Source: a virus. From it: a DNA stretch of 64,000 bases. Position numbers and translations under genes: made by a program. This document shows positions 58,403 through 64,000 of the stretch, one piece after another. The stretch lies in the IMG/VR virus record IMGVR_UViG_3300029305_002311. The stretch is one strand, 5' to 3'. A model generated the notes under the pieces. The model searched no databases. It saw only the letters and a program-made list of their open reading frames with translations, and was not told where the DNA came from. Numbering within the stretch: position 1 is the first letter of the stretch; each line of letters opens with the position of its first letter.

Positions 58403-59914
58403 CTATATTTCCACTACAGCTGTGATTTCATCAGTGACTGTAAAGTCTATAGTGATGAATTCTGCAACTTCTTGTGGTTTTATTTTGATGATACCGTTCA
58501 ATTCATTTCTAGCTATTGTTTCTTCAGTATTTATAGTTCCATCCATTATTACTTTATAGTCTGAAATTCCATTACCAGATTTAATGTTTTCTAATAAAGA
58601 TTCTACTCTATCTTTCCATCCTACAAAAGTGCTTGTAGTAATTGGTTCAAATAAGTAGTCATAAGAAACTAAGTAAGCTCTTCTAGTAATATATTTTACT
58701 AATCTAGCTACATTTACTCTATCAAAGAAATTAGAGTTAGAAGATGTAGTTTTATTTCCCCAGATTATAAATCCTTTACCAGAAATATTATTTATGCAGT
58801 TAACTGCCATTTCAGCATCATATAAAGCAGACATTTGTTCTTCTGTTAATTTAACTGCTAGTTTATTAACTAATGGTAAAGTACCTCTATTTACACCAGC
58901 TGGAGCTCCCCATTTCATTATGCTATCATTTTTTGCATATCCGTTTAATACTGCAATTGAAGCTGGTATTTCAGCATCAAAGTCTGTATAGTATACATTA
59001 GGGAAATACAATGCTAAAGTTCCTCTATCATCAGGCGAGTAATTAGCTATGGCTCCATTAAATTCTTCAACAGTATCAGCTTTTGGAGAGGCTAATACAA
59101 CGAAGTTATTTTTTTGAGCTAATTCTATAGCATAATTAACTACTTCATAGTTAGTGTATTCTGGTATAACCATTACATCTATATTTTTGTCTTGTCCATC
59201 ATATAAGTCTATTAATTCTTTTACTTTTGCAGTTTCTACTGGAGTAGTGTTTCCACAGTTTCCTCTTTCTATATAAGCAGAGAATCCAGAAACAAACTCA
59301 TCTAATTCTGGAACTTCATCTTCTGCAGTTTTTCCTATGAAAGCATTTGTTAAAGTGATTCCTAAGTTAGCTGAATTTATAGAATTTACTAATTTATTTA
59401 GTATAAATTCTAAACCACCAACTAGAGTTTCTCCTTCATATTCTGCAGCTTTAAGAACGTCTGCTGTACAATCTTCTTTAATTGAGATTGTGTTCTTTCC
59501 AGTAATTGCAGATAAATCAATCCATAGTTTATGAGTTTCTCCATCATATACTAATTTTATCTCTTTTCCATTAAATAAATCTGTTTTGTAATTTGTTTCA
59601 ACTGTGAATAAATCTAATCCTCCAGCTGATTTTACAGTTGCAGTTCCTACAGTAGCTTCGTTTTCATTAGCTATTCTAGTAACTAAAACATAAGAATAAG
59701 TTCTTAAGTAAGTTTGCATTGCGTAAGCACTTGGAGTAGTAGTGTCAGATTCACCGAAAATAGATTTGAATCCAGCTTCACTAGTTATAGTTTCTACAGT
59801 TCCTATAGGTCCAGATTTAGTCTTCATAATAACTACTGGTACGAATGGAATAAGAGTATTAGCTGTTGCTAGTGTTTCTTCTCCAACGTTTACTTTTACA
59901 TTTGGTAAAGCCAT
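58403..59914 (-). CDS. Tail sheath protein
   Basis: PVVIMKTKSGPIGTVETITSEAGFKSIFG...YAMQTYLRTYSYVLVTRIA...YLVSYDYLFEPITTSTFVGWKDRVESLLENIKSGNGISDYKVIMD. Confidence 0.9.
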   Translation of the reverse strand: MALPNVKVNVGEETLATANTLIPFVPVVIMKTKSGPIGTVETITSEAGFKSIFGESDTTTPSAYAMQTYLRTYSYVLVTRIANENEATVGTATVKSAGGLDLFTVETNYKTDLFNGKEIKLVYDGETHKLWIDLSAITGKNTISIKEDCTADVLKAAEYEGETLVGGLEFILNKLVNSINSANLGITLTNAFIGKTAEDEVPELDEFVSGFSAYIERGNCGNTTPVETAKVKELIDLYDGQDKNIDVMVIPEYTNYEVVNYAIELAQKNNFVVLASPKADTVEEFNGAIANYSPDDRGTLALYFPNVYYTDFDAEIPASIAVLNGYAKNDSIMKWGAPAGVNRGTLPLVNKLAVKLTEEQMSALYDAEMAVNCINNISGKGFIIWGNKTTSSNSNFFDRVNVARLVKYITRRAYLVSYDYLFEPITTSTFVGWKDRVESLLENIKSGNGISDYKVIMDGTINTEETIARNELNGIIKIKPQEVAEFITIDFTVTDEITAVVEI

Positions 59915-59928
59915 ATTTATTTCCTCCT

Positions 59929-60549
59929 TTATAAATTATCTGTTGGTTCTACTTCAACATTTGGATGTAGAACTGTGAAGTAATTTTCACTTCTTAATAG
60001 TGTTGCGTGTACTTGTATTCCAAGTGTATATCTATAAATTTTACCCTCTGAATGATACAATGATAAATCTGAATTATCAACAATTTGGTCATCTATATCA
60101 AAAGAGTATTTTAATTTTTTTCCTTGATAAGTAATTTCTACTTCTTGATTTTCAAATAACCAAAACAATAATTCTTGCATTAATTGTTCTGCACTTAATC
60201 TGTCTGTGCCCCAAACATCTATCTGGTAGCCTATTATTATATATATGAACTTAGCATTTTTAGCTAAACGCTCATTAGTCCCTTTAAACTCTCCTGTCTT
60301 CGTAAAAGTAGGGAGTGGGTTTTGAAAAGACAGACCCTCTTTATATGAAGGGTAAGCTGTATTTCTCTTATCTATAGCTATAGTAGTGTTAGGGTATAAA
60401 CTTATGAACGGGAAAGTTATCTTACCCTCTGTGTTCTTAAAAGCGTATTCAAATGCAGTGTTTACTGGCTGTAAGATTATATCTCCATTAAATACTTCTT
60501 TGAATAGTTTTTTAAGACCTTCTCCATATTGGCTAAAATTACTAAACAT
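59929..60549 (-). CDS. Putative tail completion/terminator protein
   Basis: Position between sheath and neck genes; alpha/beta composition. Confidence 0.5.
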   Translation of the reverse strand: MFSNFSQYGEGLKKLFKEVFNGDIILQPVNTAFEYAFKNTEGKITFPFISLYPNTTIAIDKRNTAYPSYKEGLSFQNPLPTFTKTGEFKGTNERLAKNAKFIYIIIGYQIDVWGTDRLSAEQLMQELLFWLFENQEVEITYQGKKLKYSFDIDDQIVDNSDLSLYHSEGKIYRYTLGIQVHATLLRSENYFTVLHPNVEVEPTDNL

Positions 60550-60552
60550 GCA

Positions 60553-60882
60553 TCAATTCTCCTTCATATTAAAGTTTCTAATTAAGGATTGCTTTGCTTT
60601 AGATAATATATGAGTTGGCTTTGCACCTTCTCCACCATATTCTAAATATCTTAAAATAAGATTAAATCTGGTATGTTCTGGTGCTTCTAGATAACCATTC
60701 TTGAATGTTATACTATTTAAAGCTTCATGCAATTCTTCTTCAGTGAATATTGATAGAAACTGTTTAAAAGCTAAATCTTCATTTAATTTGCTTTTGTTTA
60801 TTTCTATCAATATTAAATTTCTATATAATTCTCTTAAAGAACGAGCTCCAGTTAGATAATCTCTACAATTTACTAATCTCAT
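60553..60882 (-). CDS. Hypothetical neck-region protein
   Basis: ORF track. Confidence 0.5.
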   Translation of the reverse strand: MRLVNCRDYLTGARSLRELYRNLILIEINKSKLNEDLAFKQFLSIFTEEELHEALNSITFKNGYLEAPEHTRFNLILRYLEYGGEGAKPTHILSKAKQSLIRNFNMKEN

Positions 60883-61433
60883 AATAAATCTTCTTCTCCG
60901 ATTAGTTTTCTATTAAGAAATCTATTCTCATTAGTCATATCATTAGGTGTAGGAACTGGGTTTGTTGGAGTTAGTTGTTTTCTATGAGGAGCTAAATTAC
61001 ATATAAACATAGCTAAATCCAAGTCAGTTTTTACATCAACGATATCAAACTTTTCTGTTTGGTAAGAATTTTCATTATGAGGGTCTAACCTTGCAGAAAT
61101 TTCTAATATGGCTCCTTCTGAAGGATTTATGTTATTATCTTCAGAATCTTTAAAAGTTAAATAGCAAAGTATTGGTTTTGAATCAGACCCTTCTGTATAC
61201 CAACCATATTTTAATAGTTGAGCTTTTTTAGGGTTCTCTACTAAATAATAAGAAACAGTTACTGGAGTTTTCCATTGATAATACTCATCAGTATTAACTT
61301 GGTTCTCAGTTAACACTTCATAAAGAAGTCCAGAGCGACCTTGAAGGTTTGCTCCTTCTACAAAGTGTTTTCTATACATCTCTATCTCTCTAAAAGAAGG
61401 GTATAATTTTCCTCTAAACTTCTTATCTGACAT
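60879..61433 (-). CDS. Putative neck/head completion protein
   Basis: Synteny only. Confidence 0.5.
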   Translation of the reverse strand: MSDKKFRGKLYPSFREIEMYRKHFVEGANLQGRSGLLYEVLTENQVNTDEYYQWKTPVTVSYYLVENPKKAQLLKYGWYTEGSDSKPILCYLTFKDSEDNNINPSEGAILEISARLDPHNENSYQTEKFDIVDVKTDLDLAMFICNLAPHRKQLTPTNPVPTPNDMTNENRFLNRKLIGEEDLL

Positions 61434-61442
61434 AGTTTCCTC

Positions 61443-62417
61443 CTATTCTTCTACTTTTTCCTCTACTTCAGTTTCTTCAGCTTTAGTTATTACTTCTTCA
61501 TCTTCTTTTACAAGTTCTTCTGATTCATTTTTTAAGTCTAACTCAAAAGAATCATACATTCCATTAGCAAATTTTACAGCTTTTATTCCATCAGCTTGTT
61601 TGAATAAAAGATATGGAGTTTTGTGAACTTTTACTATGCCTATGAATTTCATATCTGATGAGTCTAATAATTCTACTTTAGCTTCATTTTCAGTTGATAC
61701 ATTTACTATGTTATCTGCATCATCTAATTCAATATCTAAATCCCATCCAAGATTTCTATAAGTTGATTCATCTAGTTCTTCAGACTCTTCCATTCCCCTA
61801 GCGACTCTTACTCTATGTAAAACATCTTTTCTTCTATCTTCTGCATCATATGCATCTTTTTGTCTATTGTCTCTATATTTTTTGTGAAACTCTAAATCTC
61901 TTTGAGCTTTCTTAACTTTATCTTCATAATAATCCATTGATTTATCTGCGTGTTCTACTGAAGATTCAGCGTCTTTTCTATCTTTTACTGCTTTTTTATA
62001 ATCTTTTATATTTTGAGATATACCGTCTGAATATTGAGCCATTTCATCTCTATCAGCTGAAGCATACCCTTTTCCTTTACCAGTTTTTATTCCTTTAGGA
62101 ACATACTCTGGGTAGTATTTACCTTGACGAGATTTTTTCTCTGTGTCTAATTGATTTTTAAAATCAACTTTTTTCTTATCTTCTCTAGAATATTCAGATG
62201 GGTCTAACCATCTTTTAGTTTTTGGGTTTCTTATTCCAAAAACTTTTCCATCAGATGTTTCTTCAGTTTCATATCCCATAGCTTTAATTTTTTCTTTATT
62301 TTTTCCAGCATTAGGATTAGCTAAAACTCTATTTACTTCTTCATTATCTTTATTAATCTTTTCATTAAGATTTTCTTGATAACTTTCAAATAGTTCGACA
62401 GTTTTACTATTTCTCAT
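61443..62417 (-). CDS. Hypothetical charged/coiled-coil head-region protein
   Basis: ORF track. Confidence 0.5.
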   Translation of the reverse strand: MRNSKTVELFESYQENLNEKINKDNEEVNRVLANPNAGKNKEKIKAMGYETEETSDGKVFGIRNPKTKRWLDPSEYSREDKKKVDFKNQLDTEKKSRQGKYYPEYVPKGIKTGKGKGYASADRDEMAQYSDGISQNIKDYKKAVKDRKDAESSVEHADKSMDYYEDKVKKAQRDLEFHKKYRDNRQKDAYDAEDRRKDVLHRVRVARGMEESEELDESTYRNLGWDLDIELDDADNIVNVSTENEAKVELLDSSDMKFIGIVKVHKTPYLLFKQADGIKAVKFANGMYDSFELDLKNESEELVKEDEEVITKAEETEVEEKVEE

Positions 62418-62431
62418 CTTTATTCCTCCTA

Positions 62432-63088
62432 TTATAATATATAAATCTCACCAATTAATTGAGACTCTAAATTAGCTTTTTCTGCAGCAGCTTCTTGTAA
62501 TAAAGTATTACCGTCAAGAGTGTATGGGCTTCCATCTACTGAGAATTTGCTTCTTACTCTACCAACTAATTCTTTAGTTAGAGCTAAAACATACTCTTTA
62601 ACCCAGCTACAGTACATTGAGTCATCAGCTACATCAGATACTACTTTTGGTCTAACAGATAATTCTATTAGAACATTTTCTTGATAGTCATCTAAATATA
62701 AGTTTGGCTTAATGTATTTATGATTTATACTCTTTTGGTAATTAAATTCATTTTGTAGTACTTTATAAGATTGAAATCCTATAAATCTATTAATGAAAGT
62801 AGCATCATATAAGATTACTCCATTACCACCAAAAGCATACTCTTGAGCTGTGATTAAATCTGTGTTTTTACAGTTCCATACATTTCTAACTGCAACTACA
62901 GGCTCATGATTAGATAAATCTATTACTTTTCCAGAAGCTTGAATATATCTAACACCTTCATAATAAGGAGCTAGTTTATCTAGAGCCATCTTAATCATCT
63001 GATTTATATCTTTATTTTCAGCTTCAACATCAACCCAGTTTATACCAAGTTGAGTCTTTACATAATTTCTTACATCAGCTTCTGTCAT
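62432..63088 (-). CDS. Putative neck/head-tail connector protein
   Basis: LGINWVDVEAENKDINQMIKMALDKLAPYY...; synteny. Confidence 0.55.
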   Translation of the reverse strand: MTEADVRNYVKTQLGINWVDVEAENKDINQMIKMALDKLAPYYEGVRYIQASGKVIDLSNHEPVVAVRNVWNCKNTDLITAQEYAFGGNGVILYDATFINRFIGFQSYKVLQNEFNYQKSINHKYIKPNLYLDDYQENVLIELSVRPKVVSDVADDSMYCSWVKEYVLALTKELVGRVRSKFSVDGSPYTLDGNTLLQEAAAEKANLESQLIGEIYIL

Positions 63089-63102
63089 AATTTACCTCCA
63101 GT

Positions 63103-63642
63103 TTATTTAGTGTATTCTTTATAAGCTTCAACAGCTATTAAATCTTCTGCATTAAATTTAGACATATTTCCTGATAATTGTCCTTTTGTAAGTTCTGAGA
63201 TTTTCTTTCCTTTATGTTTCGTAGAAGTTAATATATAATCTCCAGGATTGCTAACTTCTTTTTCTACTTCTTCTACTTTTGTTTCTTCAGATAAAGCAGC
63301 TTTTAACTCTTCTTCTGGTATTGGGCCAGCTACTAATTCAGATTTTAAATCTGCTACAGTTGCATTACTTTGAATAGGTCTATAATTATAATCCATTCTT
63401 GGTTGAACTGGTGCTATATTTTCTTGTAAATCTATTACTTTATAGCATCCATCTGGTTTAGCATTTAATTTATGGTCTAACAATAGAGGTCTTAGTTGTC
63501 TAAGAGCTTCTACTCCAGATTGAGTTAATCCTTTAATATAAATATCTCTACCTGCATTTATTTGTACTTCTCCATGTACAGGTAATGTGAAAGTGAAAGA
63601 GCCTTCTCCTTTAAAACTTACTTTTGCATTATAAGTATTCAT
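63103..63642 (-). CDS. Putative structural protein
   Basis: Beta-rich N-terminus; gene adjacent to capsid gene. Confidence 0.5.
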   Translation of the reverse strand: MNTYNAKVSFKGEGSFTFTLPVHGEVQINAGRDIYIKGLTQSGVEALRQLRPLLLDHKLNAKPDGCYKVIDLQENIAPVQPRMDYNYRPIQSNATVADLKSELVAGPIPEEELKAALSEETKVEEVEKEVSNPGDYILTSTKHKGKKISELTKGQLSGNMSKFNAEDLIAVEAYKEYTK

Positions 63643-63711
63643 TTATAATTCCTCCTTTATATTATTGCTACAAATCGTAACTCTTAATAGTATTTATAAT
63701 TCTGTTGCAAT

Positions 63712-63741
63712 TAAAAACCCTCTGGCATTTTACCAGAGGGT
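63712..63741 (-). terminator. Strong intrinsic terminator downstream of capsid gene
   Basis: ACCCTCTGG...CCAGAGGGT followed by TTTTT on minus strand. Confidence 0.9.
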
Positions 63742-63774
63742 GAAAGGTTCATTTATAAGCAAACTAATTTATAA

Positions 63775-64000
63775 TTAGTTGTTTACATGTGTTATTAAAC
63801 CATTGCAGAAGAATTCTGGAGCTACTAATTTCTTTCCGTAAGAAGTAGCGTATCCTTGATGTCCAAAGAAGTCACTTCCCATTAAGAATTGAGTAGCCAT
63901 AATTGGCATATATGGTGCATATACGAATCCAGTATCTAGAGTAACATCTCCTCTGTATACTATAGTGAATTTGTCTGCTGGGTAATATGGATTTTTAACT
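63775..64000 (-). CDS. Major capsid protein, C-terminal fragment (T4 gp23-like)
   Basis: Not in ORF track; ...KNPYYPADKFTIVYRGDVTLDTGFVYAPYMPIMATQFLMGSDFFGHQGYATSYGKKLVAPEFFCNGLITHVNN*. Confidence 0.75.
   Translation of the reverse strand, partial: VKNPYYPADKFTIVYRGDVTLDTGFVYAPYMPIMATQFLMGSDFFGHQGYATSYGKKLVAPEFFCNGLITHVNN

Noticed and set aside
1-64000. Recognisable defence island (restriction-modification, toxin-antitoxin, CRISPR-Cas, retron)
   Set aside because: No methyltransferase, helicase/nuclease pair, Cas protein or RT motifs were seen among the translated ORFs.

Overview
The window is a gene-dense, AT-rich stretch of a contractile-tailed (myovirus) phage or prophage genome. Essentially all credible genes are on the minus strand, and both window edges cut genes. 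Read right to left (transcription order), it runs: major capsid C-terminus, neck/head completion, tail terminator, sheath, tube, gp26-like protein with a probable recoded tail-chaperone extension, M23 tape measure, hub/lysozyme-like protein, gp5-like spike, baseplate wedge, collar/fibre proteins, a Hint-domain fibre protein and a papain-like protease. An ~18 kb array (12.2-30.8 kb) of paralogous tail-fibre-like proteins with BspA/DUF285-type 24-aa leucine-rich repeats follows, then a holin/C39/SH3 lysis-like cassette, then small early-type accessory genes (HNH, HTH regulator, HExxH peptidase, zinc ribbons). Main observations: (1) three LRR genes are each split by a single-base frame disruption, two of them at the same sequence TTTA[N]GCGGATGT; (2) lipoate/biotin-ligase-like and GT2 glycosyltransferase genes sit inside the LRR array; (3) a six-copy intergenic element with fixed internal spacing (CAGAATGAC-8nt-CATTTTC, usually followed by TATATA/AGCGCT) occurs in both orientations; (4) a previously untracked +1-frame ORF overlaps the 3' end of the gp26-like gene before the tape measure; (5) a ~240-nt structured noncoding region lies at ~4.9-5.15 kb; (6) a C-terminal Hint domain is fused to a fibre-like protein. 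All family calls come from reading motifs by eye, not from database searches.
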